Below are positions 45,231 to 54,505 of a DNA stretch of 64,000 bases, piece after piece. The notes under the pieces were generated by a model that made no database searches, was not told where the DNA came from, and was given only the letters and a program-made list of their open reading frames with translations. Location: positions 3,982 through 67,981 of the forward strand of contig JBMNOL010000003.1 in assembly GCA_050943055.1 (NCBI GenBank), given 5' to 3'. Source of the stretch: Patescibacteria group bacterium (GTDB lineage: Bacteria > Patescibacteriota > Patescibacteriia > Patescibacteriales > UBA12465). Positions within the stretch are counted from its first letter, which is position 1; the number at the start of each line of letters is the position of its first letter. Position numbers and translations under genes: made by a program.

Positions 45231-45314
45231 TGCCGCGAGAGGGAATCGAACCCTCATGGGATTGCTCCCACACGAGTTTGAGTCGTGCGCGTCTACCAGT
45301 TCCGCCATCACGGC
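45231..45314 (-). tRNA. tRNA-Leu (anticodon CAA)
   Basis: The reverse complement folds as a cloverleaf. Acceptor GCCGTGA/TCGCGGC, anticodon stem CACGA/TCGTG with loop CTCAAAC, a 15-nt variable arm, and T-arm GAGGG-TTCGATT-CCCTC. No encoded CCA. Confidence 0.9.
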
Positions 45315-45325
45315 GTAGCTTTTAA

Positions 45326-45353
45326 ATTATAGTATAAAAGCTTTAATTGTCAA
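45326..45353 (-). promoter_or_regulatory. Sigma-70 promoter for tRNA-Leu
   Basis: On the minus strand: TTGACA (45353-45348), 16-nt spacer, TATAAT (45331-45326), 11 nt upstream of the tRNA 5' end. Confidence 0.6.
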
Positions 45354-45365
45354 ACCAAGGCTAAC

Positions 45366-45394
45366 TTGTTCTTGCGCTCTATTTTCGCTATAAT
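45366..45394 (+). promoter_or_regulatory. Candidate promoter for parA-parB
   Basis: TTGTTC (45366-45371), 17-nt spacer, TATAAT (45389-45394). Confidence 0.4.
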
Positions 45395-45414
45395 TAAATT
45401 ATAAAAAACGACTT

Positions 45415-46182
45415 ATGGGAAAAATCCTTGCTGTTGTCAACCAAAAAGGTGGGGTGGGGAAAACCACCACCGCTGTTAATTTGGGTGCTTATTTAGCCGC
45501 GGCCGGTAAGCGGGTTTTATTGGTAGACTTAGATCCGCAAGCAAATGCTAGTTCTGGTTTAGGGCTTGATCCGGATAAGTTGGAAATGGGAATTTATGAG
45601 GCTTTAATTGGTGCGAAGTCAATTTATCAGGTAATTAAAAGAACCAAGCAAGATAATTTTTTAGTCGCCCCAGCCACCGTTTCTTTAGCGGGCGCAGGAG
45701 TGGAATTAGTCTCTTTAGAGAATCGAGAGTTCCGTTTACAGGCAATTTTACAAGCAATTCAGGCGGAGTATGATTATATTATTATTGACGGACCGCCCTC
45801 TTTAGGACTGCTCACTATCAATAGTTTAGTTGCCGCTGATGAAGTTTTGATTCCGATTCAAAGCGAGTATTATGCCCTTGAAGGTTTGGGGCAACTGCTA
45901 CAAACAATTAATTTAATTCAAGAAAATCTTAAGCCGGAGTTAAAAATCATGGGTGCCGTGGTGACGATGTTTGATTGTCGCAATAAATTATCCGCTTTAG
46001 TTTTAGAAGATTTAAAGAAAAATTTTCCCGGCCGAGTTTTTGAAACAGTTATTCCCCGCAGTGTTCGTCTAGCGGAAGCCCCTAGTTTTGGCCGCAGTAT
46101 TTTACAATATGAGCCGCGTGGTCGGGGCGGAAAAGCTTATCAAGATTTAGCGGCGGAAGTAATTTCTTTAGAGACTAAATAA
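45415..46182 (+). CDS. parA: Chromosome partitioning ATPase ParA/Soj
   Basis: 255 aa. Deviant Walker A NQKGGVGKTTT. Followed by parB. Confidence 0.9.
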   Translation: MGKILAVVNQKGGVGKTTTAVNLGAYLAAAGKRVLLVDLDPQANASSGLGLDPDKLEMGIYEALIGAKSIYQVIKRTKQDNFLVAPATVSLAGAGVELVSLENREFRLQAILQAIQAEYDYIIIDGPPSLGLLTINSLVAADEVLIPIQSEYYALEGLGQLLQTINLIQENLKPELKIMGAVVTMFDCRNKLSALVLEDLKKNFPGRVFETVIPRSVRLAEAPSFGRSILQYEPRGRGGKAYQDLAAEVISLETK

Positions 46183-46194
46183 TTTAGACAGCTT

Positions 46195-47073
46195 ATGGCC
46201 AGCAATTTAGGAAGAGGATTAGAGTCTTTAATCCCCAAAAAAAACTCGCAGCATTTACCTAGTTCCGCTTTAAGTGAGGCCGGAGCGCCGCTTTTGGCAC
46301 CAACAGGCGAGCAAGTTTTAGAGCTTGATCCGGAACTAATTGCTATTAATCCTTGGCAGCCCCGGCAAGAATTTGCGCCGGGAGCACTAGACGATTTAAT
46401 GAATTCTATAAAGGAGCATGGCATTATCCAGCCCCTAATTGTAACTAAAAAAGGCCAGTCTTATGAATTGATTGCCGGGGAGCGTCGTTTACGGAGCGCC
46501 CGGAACTTAGGTTTAAAGACGGTGCCGGTTCTAGTTCGTAAAGCTGATGCGCAAAAAAAATTAGAATTAGCGTTAATTGAAAATTTACAACGTGAGAATT
46601 TGAATCCGGTTGAAACCTCCTGGGCTTACGATAAGTTAATGACAGAATTTAATCTATCACAAGAGGAGGTGGCCAAAAGAGTGGGAAAGGCCAGATCAAC
46701 AGTGGCTAATTCTTTACGCCTTTTAAATTTACCGGAGGAAATTAAGACGGCTTTGGCCCAGAAACGTTTAAGTGAAGCGCATGCCAAATATTTATTGGGT
46801 CTGGAGAGTGAGGCGCAACAGTTGAATGTTTTTCGAAAAATTATCCGCCAAAACCTAACCGTTGCCGACACTAATCAGTTAATTCGCCGCCTGGGTGGCA
46901 CGAAAGAGGCTCGGGTTAAAGAAGCTTCTTTACTAGATAAAGAGCAGCGTCTAATTAAGGCTTTAGGAACGAAGGTAACGATTGAGCGAAAAGTGAAGGG
47001 CGGCCGGATAGTTATTAATTTTTATAGCGACGAAGAGTTGGGAGGACTGATAAAACGTTTAAGTGCTGAATAA
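46195..47073 (+). CDS. parB: Chromosome partitioning protein ParB/Spo0J
   Basis: 292 aa. IQPLIV and the GERRLRSA box. HTH LSQEEVAKRVGKARSTVANSLRLL. Confidence 0.9.
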   Translation: MASNLGRGLESLIPKKNSQHLPSSALSEAGAPLLAPTGEQVLELDPELIAINPWQPRQEFAPGALDDLMNSIKEHGIIQPLIVTKKGQSYELIAGERRLRSARNLGLKTVPVLVRKADAQKKLELALIENLQRENLNPVETSWAYDKLMTEFNLSQEEVAKRVGKARSTVANSLRLLNLPEEIKTALAQKRLSEAHAKYLLGLESEAQQLNVFRKIIRQNLTVADTNQLIRRLGGTKEARVKEASLLDKEQRLIKALGTKVTIERKVKGGRIVINFYSDEELGGLIKRLSAE

Positions 47074-47085
47074 TTTTTTTTCGTT

Positions 47086-47111
47086 AAGCCCGTTAAAATC
47101 GGGCTTTTTTT
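47086..47111 (+). terminator. Rho-independent terminator after parB
   Basis: AAGCCCG-TTAAAAT-CGGGCTT followed by TTTTT. Confidence 0.75.
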
Positions 47112-47126
47112 GAATTTTAAAAAGAT

Positions 47127-47155
47127 TTGAAAAGAGTGGTTTAAGTTGGTATATT
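47127..47155 (+). promoter_or_regulatory. Candidate promoter for dnaE
   Basis: TTGAAA (47127-47132), 17-nt spacer, TATATT (47150-47155). Confidence 0.45.
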
Positions 47156-47188
47156 AGAAGGGATAGTTTTTATTTTTTATATTTTTAC

Positions 47189-50100
47189 ATGTCTTTTGTC
47201 CACCTCCACAATCATACTCATTTTTCGCTCTTAGACGGTTTAACTAAGATTGATGAATTAATAGAAAAAGCTAAAAGTGAGGGGTCTCCAGCCGTCGCCA
47301 TTACCGATCATGGCGTTCTCTATGGCGCGATTGAGTTTTATCAGAAGTGTAAAAAAGCCGGCATCAAGCCGATTATTGGCGTTGAGACCTACGTTGCCCC
47401 GCGGAGTCGCTTTGATAAATTGGGTCGGACTGATGCCAAAAATTATCACTTAATACTTTGGGCGGAGAATAATACCGGTTATCATAATTTAATTGAACTA
47501 ATCTCGGCGGCCCACCTTGAGGGTTATTATTATAAACCGCGCGTTGACTGGGATTTGTTAAGTCGTTATCACGAGGGGATAATCGCGGCTTCTGCTTGTT
47601 TGGGCGGAGAATTGGCGCAGATGATTTTAGCCGGCGATGAGGCGGGGGCGAAAAAAAGAGCACAAGAATACAATGAGCTTTTTGGGCAAGGGAATTATTA
47701 TCTAGAAATCATGGACCACCCCGAACTGGAGGGGCAGACTAAGGTCAATGAAACTTTAATTCGCTTCTCTAAAGAATTAAACATCCCTTTGGTGGCGACC
47801 AATGATGTTCATTATTTAAAAAAGGAAGATGCGGAAGCCCAAGATATTTTATTGTGTTTGCAGAACAAAAAGAAATTGGCGGACAAAGATCGTATGTCCA
47901 TGCTTGGTATGGGCGATTATTCCTTCCGTTCCGTCGCTTCAATGAAAGAGGCTTTTAAGGAGACTCCGGAAGCAATTTTAAATACCTTAAAAATCGCGGA
48001 CCGGTGTAATGTGGAAATTGATCTCGGACATACACAGTTGCCGCATTTTGAGGTGCCGGCCGGTTTTGATGGTGATTCTTACCTGCGCCACTTGGCTGAA
48101 GAAGGTATTGCCGAACGTTATCCGAATCTGAAGTTGGATTCGGACGCCGCCCAGCCAATTTTGGAGCGCATGAATTACGAGTTATCGGTGATTGTGAAGA
48201 TGGGCTGGCCGGATTATTTTTTAATTGTCGCCGACTTTGTTAATTGGGCTAAGGACAATGGCATTGTGGTTGGGCCGGGTCGTGGTAGTGCGGCCGGGTC
48301 TTTGGTTTGTTTTTTAATCGGGATTACCAATATTGATCCTTTAAAATACAATTTAATTTTTGAACGCTTCTTAAACCCGGATCGTATTTCGATGCCGGAT
48401 ATTGATATGGATTTTTCTGACGTTCGTCGCAACGATGTTTTGGCCTATGTTTCCAATAAGTATGGCGCTGATCATGTGGCTCAAATTATTACTTTCGGAA
48501 CGATGGCGGCGCGGGCGGCGGTGCGTGATGTCGGACGAGTTTTGGATTACCCCTATGATTTTTGTGACGGCCTTTCAAAAGCGATTCCGATGTTTACCAA
48601 ACTTCCGGAGGCTATTAAAAATGTACCGGAATTAAAAGAGCGCTATAATACCGAACCAGATGTGCGGAAAGTTTTGGATTACGCTTTGCGTCTGGAGGGG
48701 ATTTCACGACATTCATCCACGCATGCTTGCGGGGTGGTGATTACTCGCGACAAATTAACTGATTACACGCCAATTCAATATGTTTCGGCGAGCGACAAAT
48801 CAATTGTGTCGCAATACTCCGCTAACCCCTTAGAGTCTTTAGGTTTATTAAAAATGGATTTTTTGGGTTTAAAAAACCTGACGATTATTGAATCGGCTTT
48901 AAAAATTATTAAAAATACGCGCGGTCTCAAGATTGATATTGAGACGATTCCTCTTGATGACGAGGCCACTTACAAATTATTTCAGAACGGGGAAACGACC
49001 GGCGTTTTTCAATTTGAATCCTCGGGGATGAAGCGGTATTTAAAAGAATTAAAGCCGACTGAATTTGAGGATATTATTGCGATGGTGGCCCTTTATCGTC
49101 CGGGGCCGATGGAGTGGATTCCTGATTTTATTAAAGGCAAGCATGGTGAAAAGAAAGTTACTTATTTGTATCCCAAATTAGAGCCAATTTTAAAAAATAC
49201 TCATGGTGTTGCGATTTATCAGGAGCAGGTAATGCAGATTGCTCGTGATTTGGCCGGTTTTTCGATGGGGCAGGCCGATGTACTTCGCAAAGCGATGGGG
49301 AAAAAGATTCCGGCGCTTTTAGCAGAGCAGAAAGAAAAGTTTATTGATGGCTGTGTAAAAAATGGCGTTTACCAGGAGCTGGCGGAAAAAATTTTTTCTT
49401 TTATTGAGCCTTTTGCCGGTTACGGTTTTAATCGTTCCCATGCCGCTTGTTATGCTTTAATTGGTTATCAAACCGCTTATTTAAAAGCGCACTGGCCAGT
49501 GGAGTTTATGGCCGCCCTGCTAACTTCCGATCAACATGACAATGATCGAATTGCGATTGAGATTGAGGAGTGTCGCAATATGGGTATTAAAATTATGCCG
49601 CCGGACGTTAATCAATCTTTCGCTTCTTTTACGGTGGTAACGCCCAATACGGCCACTAATCAGGTGGTCACTCCGAGTGAAGTTTTGGATACGATTCGCT
49701 TTGGTTTGAATGCTGTTAAGAATGTTGGCGAGCATATTGTGGAGGTGATTATTTCCGAGCGTAAAGAAAAAGGTCCTTACCGTGATTTGTTTGATTTTTT
49801 AGAACGAATCACTGATAAAGATTTAAATAAAAAATCTTTAGAAAGTTTGATTAAGTGTGGCGCCTTAGAAAGCTGGGGCGAGCGCGGTTATCTATTGTCT
49901 AATATCGAAAAACTTTTAAATTTTAATAAGGAGATTATTAAAGAGAAGGCTAGTCGGCAAGATAGTTTATTTGTTTCTTTAGGGGCTGAGAGTTTTAGTG
50001 CGCGGATTACTTTAGATAATTATCCGCCGGCGCGCCAAGAAGAAAAGTTAGCTTGGGAAAAAGAACTGCTCGGGTTGTATGTCAGTGAACATCCTTTTAA

Positions 50101-50821
50101 TTTATATAAAAATCGTTTATTGGGTTATGCTGTACCTTTAGTTAATTTGTCTGGTCATCGTGGTGAACGTTCGGTGGTGACGGCCGGGGTTATCAATACG
50201 ATTAAAAAAATTATCACCAAGAATAACGAGTCGATGTTGTTTGTAAAAATTGAAGATGCGGTGGCGTCAGTGGAGTTGTTAATTTTTCCTCGTCTCTTGA
50301 AAGGGACTGAGACGCTTTGGGTGTCCGGACGACCGATTATTTGTGAGGCGACAGTTTCGGAAAAAGATCAGGATATAAAATTATTAGTTAATACTGTAGC
50401 GGCTTTAGATCCGGATAATCTAGATGCCAGTATTGATAATTTTAAGCGGGCTGTTTTAGCGCAGCGAGAAAATAATAGCAATGGTTCTTGGCGGCGCAAT
50501 AACTATCAACACGGTGATAATAAGGCTTCCGCCACTTCGGTCAAACCCATTCCGGCGCTAACCGTTCCGGTCGCGCCCGTTGTCGCTGAGGCGGATAACG
50601 AAACGCCTCTAAAAATTCTTTTTGAGCAAATGCCGGTGGCCGAAGAGCTGGAAGATTTAAAAAAGATTTTAGCGGCTTATCCCGGAACAACAGAAACCTT
50701 GTTTAAAATTAAGCAGCCAACTAAAGATATCGTAATTAAAACCGGCTTAACGGTTAATATTTCTCCTGATCTGGAAAAGGCCGTTATCGAAAAATTTAAG
50801 GGTCGCTTAAAAATTGTTTAA
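47189..50821 (+). CDS. dnaE: DNA polymerase III alpha subunit
   Basis: 1210 aa. N-terminal PHP domain (FVHLHNHTHFSLLDG), a palm with PDIDMDF, and the fingers and OB regions. Confidence 0.95.
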   Translation: MSFVHLHNHTHFSLLDGLTKIDELIEKAKSEGSPAVAITDHGVLYGAIEFYQKCKKAGIKPIIGVETYVAPRSRFDKLGRTDAKNYHLILWAENNTGYHNLIELISAAHLEGYYYKPRVDWDLLSRYHEGIIAASACLGGELAQMILAGDEAGAKKRAQEYNELFGQGNYYLEIMDHPELEGQTKVNETLIRFSKELNIPLVATNDVHYLKKEDAEAQDILLCLQNKKKLADKDRMSMLGMGDYSFRSVASMKEAFKETPEAILNTLKIADRCNVEIDLGHTQLPHFEVPAGFDGDSYLRHLAEEGIAERYPNLKLDSDAAQPILERMNYELSVIVKMGWPDYFLIVADFVNWAKDNGIVVGPGRGSAAGSLVCFLIGITNIDPLKYNLIFERFLNPDRISMPDIDMDFSDVRRNDVLAYVSNKYGADHVAQIITFGTMAARAAVRDVGRVLDYPYDFCDGLSKAIPMFTKLPEAIKNVPELKERYNTEPDVRKVLDYALRLEGISRHSSTHACGVVITRDKLTDYTPIQYVSASDKSIVSQYSANPLESLGLLKMDFLGLKNLTIIESALKIIKNTRGLKIDIETIPLDDEATYKLFQNGETTGVFQFESSGMKRYLKELKPTEFEDIIAMVALYRPGPMEWIPDFIKGKHGEKKVTYLYPKLEPILKNTHGVAIYQEQVMQIARDLAGFSMGQADVLRKAMGKKIPALLAEQKEKFIDGCVKNGVYQELAEKIFSFIEPFAGYGFNRSHAACYALIGYQTAYLKAHWPVEFMAALLTSDQHDNDRIAIEIEECRNMGIKIMPPDVNQSFASFTVVTPNTATNQVVTPSEVLDTIRFGLNAVKNVGEHIVEVIISERKEKGPYRDLFDFLERITDKDLNKKSLESLIKCGALESWGERGYLLSNIEKLLNFNKEIIKEKASRQDSLFVSLGAESFSARITLDNYPPARQEEKLAWEKELLGLYVSEHPFNLYKNRLLGYAVPLVNLSGHRGERSVVTAGVINTIKKIITKNNESMLFVKIEDAVASVELLIFPRLLKGTETLWVSGRPIICEATVSEKDQDIKLLVNTVAALDPDNLDASIDNFKRAVLAQRENNSNGSWRRNNYQHGDNKASATSVKPIPALTVPVAPVVAEADNETPLKILFEQMPVAEELEDLKKILAAYPGTTETLFKIKQPTKDIVIKTGLTVNISPDLEKAVIEKFKGRLKIV

Positions 50822-50842
50822 GCAGTAGCTTTTTGTTATAAT
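50814..50842 (+). promoter_or_regulatory. Candidate promoter for the 50938 gene
   Basis: TTGTTT (50814-50819), 17-nt spacer, TATAAT (50837-50842), with a TG at the extended -10 position. Confidence 0.4.
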
Positions 50843-50937
50843 CTAAAGACGAAATAATTTTCTTTAGAAAATAATTAGTGACTCAATTCATTCTTCAAAT
50901 ATATTTCAAGATTTTTTTCTTGAGTAAGTTTAATTTT

Positions 50938-52509
50938 ATGCCTAAAGAGAGCCCTAGTGCTAAAAAGAAAAATACGGCGAAAACTTCTAAGCCGGTTTCC
51001 AAAAAAACCACTGCTTCTAAAAAAACTGCTACTTCTAAAAAAACACCGGCGAAAAAAGCGATCGTTAAAAAGTCGGCGGCTAAAAAACCAGTCGCCAAAA
51101 AGCCAGTTGAAACCAAAGCTTCCAAGGTGAAGCCAGTTTTTGTTGATGTCATTGCCGATCAAGAAACGGAGGCAATCTTTGACAGCCCGGTTTATCGTCC
51201 TGATTATTTAGAGAAAAATGAAAGTGAGGAAAATTTTTACAATAACCAAGCGGGCACTTTAGATTTTGAACCGACTGACAACACTACTTTTGATAAACAA
51301 AAAAACTTTTTTTCTGAGTTAATCGAAGAAAGCGAAGACTGGGATAACGCTGAGGAAACGGTCCCGGCTCCGGTAATCAGAAAAAAACCGGTCAAACTTT
51401 ATCATCGTCAGGCTTGGGGCTATATCGCCGCGACAATGGTTTTATTGGTAGCGGTTTTTTATATTTTCTCCGTTAAATTAACGGTACGTGTTTATCCGCA
51501 GGGAGCAGAAATAATTAACGATAACATCGAATTTACGGTGAGTTCAGCTTCGGAGTTAGATTCCGATAAACCCTTAGTGCGCGGTGAAGCTAAAATTGTA
51601 GAACAGGTCGCTGAAAAAATTTATCAAGTCGAGACCGATGACGAAGTGGATGATTTAAGTGGCCGCGTTCGCGGTACCGTCACTTTAATTAATAAGCTGA
51701 ATCGTAATCAACGTTTAGTAGCGACGACTCGTTTACTGGCTGCTGATGGGCGTCTTTATCGTTTAGATGAAGCGGTTAATATTCCGGCCGGCGGGGAACT
51801 GGAAACAACAGTTTATGCCGATGAGTTAGGCCGAGATAAATTGTTAAGCAGTTCGGAAAAATTAACCATTCCCGGTTTATGGGAGGGGTTACAAAATAGT
51901 GTTTATGCCGAGAGTGGAGAATTTTTCTATCAAGCTGATAAGCGGACGGTTATAACGCAAAAAGATTTAGATAAGGCCGCGGCTGATTTAGAAGCGGTTT
52001 TAGACGAAAAGGCTAAAAATGAATTTAAGCCGGCCGCCGGACAAGCGACGGCCTACAAGGAAGTTCCCGATTCTTTTACAGTTGAGTTTAGCGCTGAGGC
52101 GGGTGATATCGGAACGGAGTTTACAGCGACCGGCAAGAAGAGTTATGGCTTAGCCCGTTTTGCGAAAGAAGATGCCATTAATCTCGCTAAAAATAAACTT
52201 GCCCTAATTATTTCCGATGATCGGCGGCTCACCGCCTTTAATCCGGAATCTGTTGTCTTTACTTTAGGTAAATACGAAAATAATCCCGCTCAGGCGACCG
52301 TAACGGCCTCCTTTTCTGGACAGATGGCGGCCACTGGTCAAAATATTCCCGTTGATCCGCAGAAGCTAACAGGTTTAAAGGAGGCACAAATTAAAGATCA
52401 TCTTGATACCATTCCGGAATTGCGTAAATATGAATTAGAATTTTGGCCGCCCTTTATTAAAAGAGCCCCCTATTTACCGGATAGAATTAGTGTGGAACTA
52501 GCTGAGTAA
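50938..52509 (+). CDS. Single-pass membrane protein with Lys/Ala/Pro-rich (histone H1-like) cytoplasmic tail and large ectodomain
   Basis: The track start at 50878 is GTG. ATG at 50938 (MPKESPSAKKK) is preferred. aa 1-66 are KK(T/P/A)-rich repeats. TM at about aa 161-179 (GYIAATMVLLVAVFYIFSV). A roughly 340-aa C-terminal domain is unassigned. Confidence 0.6.
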   Translation: MPKESPSAKKKNTAKTSKPVSKKTTASKKTATSKKTPAKKAIVKKSAAKKPVAKKPVETKASKVKPVFVDVIADQETEAIFDSPVYRPDYLEKNESEENFYNNQAGTLDFEPTDNTTFDKQKNFFSELIEESEDWDNAEETVPAPVIRKKPVKLYHRQAWGYIAATMVLLVAVFYIFSVKLTVRVYPQGAEIINDNIEFTVSSASELDSDKPLVRGEAKIVEQVAEKIYQVETDDEVDDLSGRVRGTVTLINKLNRNQRLVATTRLLAADGRLYRLDEAVNIPAGGELETTVYADELGRDKLLSSSEKLTIPGLWEGLQNSVYAESGEFFYQADKRTVITQKDLDKAAADLEAVLDEKAKNEFKPAAGQATAYKEVPDSFTVEFSAEAGDIGTEFTATGKKSYGLARFAKEDAINLAKNKLALIISDDRRLTAFNPESVVFTLGKYENNPAQATVTASFSGQMAATGQNIPVDPQKLTGLKEAQIKDHLDTIPELRKYELEFWPPFIKRAPYLPDRISVELAE

Positions 52510-52521
52510 ATATTTACTAAT

Positions 52522-52552
52522 AAAAAAAGCGCCTCTTAAGAGGCGCTTTTTT
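52522..52552. terminator. Bidirectional terminator between convergent genes
   Basis: AAAAAAA-GCGCCTC-TTAA-GAGGCGC-TTTTTT, symmetric. Lies between the 50938 gene (+) and the aldolase gene (-). Confidence 0.8.
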
Positions 52553-52564
52553 GTTGCCAATAAT

Positions 52565-53521
52565 TTAAAATAATCCCAGGAATTTAGAGTTCCTATTCTT
52601 TCGGGTCTTAACTTTCTTTTCTCCTCGGTAGACGGCCAAGGCTTCCGCTAAAGTCGCTTCATGGTTAATGATTAGGGCGAGAGCGGTGGCGAGTCGGACC
52701 GCTTCGTCTAGAGGACGCTGATGGAGATTACGACCTACAGCCATACCCCCGGCCTGAGCGGTGTTGATTTGTTCCCAAGCTTGTTTTAATAAATCTTCGG
52801 CTTTTTGTTGACTACCACCGACGCAAATAATTTTAGTTTCCCCAGCAGCTAAAACTGCTTCCTTAAATTTTTTCGCGCTGGCCGCTGGTGTTTTAGTGTA
52901 GGGGTATTTAGTTTTGACAAAGTCGGCCCCCAAAGCGGCCGCTACCCCGGCCCCTCCGGCAATTATTTTGATGGTGTTTTCATTTATTTTTTCACCCCGC
53001 GGATACATCCAGATCACGGCTAGAAGTCCTTGAGCATGAGCAGCTTTTATTACCTGTGCTGCTTCTTTTAACATTTGATCTTCATCTTGGCCACCTAAAT
53101 ATACCGTGTAACCGACACCTAAAATATTTAAACCACTTTGTTCTTTAAAATTAACGACATCAGCGACTGACCACCAGGCTTCATTACTAACCGCACTATA
53201 ATTTTTGTAAAGATTGGAACGTCCATTTATTTTTACTAAGTAAGGAATTTTCGGATATTTAGCGCCATAGCGAGCAATTAAGCCTAATTGAGTCGCAAAG
53301 ACGCCAATTGGAGCGGCGGCGGCAATTTGAAAAAGATGTTCGGGGGAGGCATCGGCGGCCGCGACGCCAGCGCCCACAAAATCTTCGTTTAAATGCTCTA
53401 CTTTTTGGTCGCCAGCAAAGAGAAGAAGGCGTCCACTGCCTAGGGTAGCGCGTTGTAAATTTTTACGGTAATCCGCTCGTTTTTTTAAGGGCACGGATAA
53501 AGGAACAATTGCTTGATTCAT
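52565..53521 (-). CDS. Class I fructose-bisphosphate aldolase, DhnA/archaeal type
   Basis: 318 aa. LLFAGDQKVEH, YLVKINGRS and ADFVKTKYP (putative Schiff-base Lys region) resemble the FbaB/DhnA family. Confidence 0.7.
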   Translation of the reverse strand: MNQAIVPLSVPLKKRADYRKNLQRATLGSGRLLLFAGDQKVEHLNEDFVGAGVAAADASPEHLFQIAAAAPIGVFATQLGLIARYGAKYPKIPYLVKINGRSNLYKNYSAVSNEAWWSVADVVNFKEQSGLNILGVGYTVYLGGQDEDQMLKEAAQVIKAAHAQGLLAVIWMYPRGEKINENTIKIIAGGAGVAAALGADFVKTKYPYTKTPAASAKKFKEAVLAAGETKIICVGGSQQKAEDLLKQAWEQINTAQAGGMAVGRNLHQRPLDEAVRLATALALIINHEATLAEALAVYRGEKKVKTRKNRNSKFLGLF

Positions 53522-53613
53522 AAAAAATAAGTGATAATGATTTTAAAACAGTTTAAAAACTTGGTTGAATATGATATTATTAAACCAGTTAAGCGCCTCA
53601 ATTATATCATTTT

Positions 53614-54504
53614 ATGACTCAAGATAAAAGGAAGATTTCTGATGAGCAAATCAATGCTTATCAGGATCCCGTCAATATTGCCCCCAAGAATTTAAAATTA
53701 GGCCTCTGGATTGCTAATAATAGCCGTCGTCTTTACCGACTGTTGGTTGTTTTTTTAGGAGTAATCGCTTTAGCTTCCGTCGCTTATGCTCTCTATGGTT
53801 TTATTGAATATAATACCATTGGCCGGGAGCGAGAAAAAACGCTTCTTTATTCTAGTGGTGGCGTCGATATTTCTGATTATCGCGAACAGAATCGTCCGGA
53901 AGATTTAAGAATTAGTACGCCGCGAGCACTGGCCAGCACTGACGGTACCGACTTAACGGTTCGTCTGGGTAATAGTAATGATAAGCAGTACGCTTTATTT
54001 GATTTTTGTTTTGTTAGTGGCGAAGATGAAGCCTGCGGACAAGATTTTATTTTACCGCAAGAACAAAAAGATATTTTTCTTTTAAATACTGACCTAGAAG
54101 CGAGTGCCGATCTCCGCTTTGTGATTAATCGTATTCTCTGGCAAAAAATAAAAGCTTATGAAATTCCCGATTGGCCTACTTTCAGGGCGGAGCGACTTAA
54201 TTTTGAGATTAAGGACGCTAAGTTTACTACCTACAGTAACGATGTTTCTTATTTGGAATTTACTATAGAAAATAATACTGCCTTCGGTTATTTTTCTGTT
54301 CCCCTAGATATTACGATTCGCCAGGGCGATAGAATTATGGCTGTCAACCGCTACGTAATCTATGATTTTTTGAGTCGCAGCACTCGCGAGATTCGTCTCT
54401 TGTGGCCGGAAGGAGAGGCTCGAGGTGGTAGTATTGAGATTGTACCCGTCTTAAATATCTTAAGTGACGATATTTACAAACCCTACTCGGCCACGGATAA
54501 TTAG
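53614..54504 (+). CDS. Single-pass membrane protein of unknown function immediately upstream of the SEDS gene
   Basis: 296 aa. TM LYRLLVVFLGVIALASVAYALYGFI. The ectodomain is unassigned. The stop lies 1 nt before the next ATG. Confidence 0.5.
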   Translation: MTQDKRKISDEQINAYQDPVNIAPKNLKLGLWIANNSRRLYRLLVVFLGVIALASVAYALYGFIEYNTIGREREKTLLYSSGGVDISDYREQNRPEDLRISTPRALASTDGTDLTVRLGNSNDKQYALFDFCFVSGEDEACGQDFILPQEQKDIFLLNTDLEASADLRFVINRILWQKIKAYEIPDWPTFRAERLNFEIKDAKFTTYSNDVSYLEFTIENNTAFGYFSVPLDITIRQGDRIMAVNRYVIYDFLSRSTREIRLLWPEGEARGGSIEIVPVLNILSDDIYKPYSATDN

Positions 54505-54505
54505 T

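Noticed and set aside
45195-45414. tRNA-Leu as an integration hotspot flanked by a mobile or defence island
   Set aside because: Both flanks are housekeeping genes (mnmA, parA). No integrase was seen, and neither was a direct repeat of the tRNA 3' end. The unit has its own promoter and a bidirectional terminator.
50875-51162. Two minus-strand ORFs (95 aa and 85 aa) and an A-rich periodic DNA repeat; considered as a tandem-repeat or CRISPR-like element
   Set aside because: The periodicity is the codon-level repetition of the KK(T/A/P) tail of the + strand gene starting at 50938. There are no unique spacers between exact repeats. The antisense ORFs are Phe/Leu-rich mirror artefacts.
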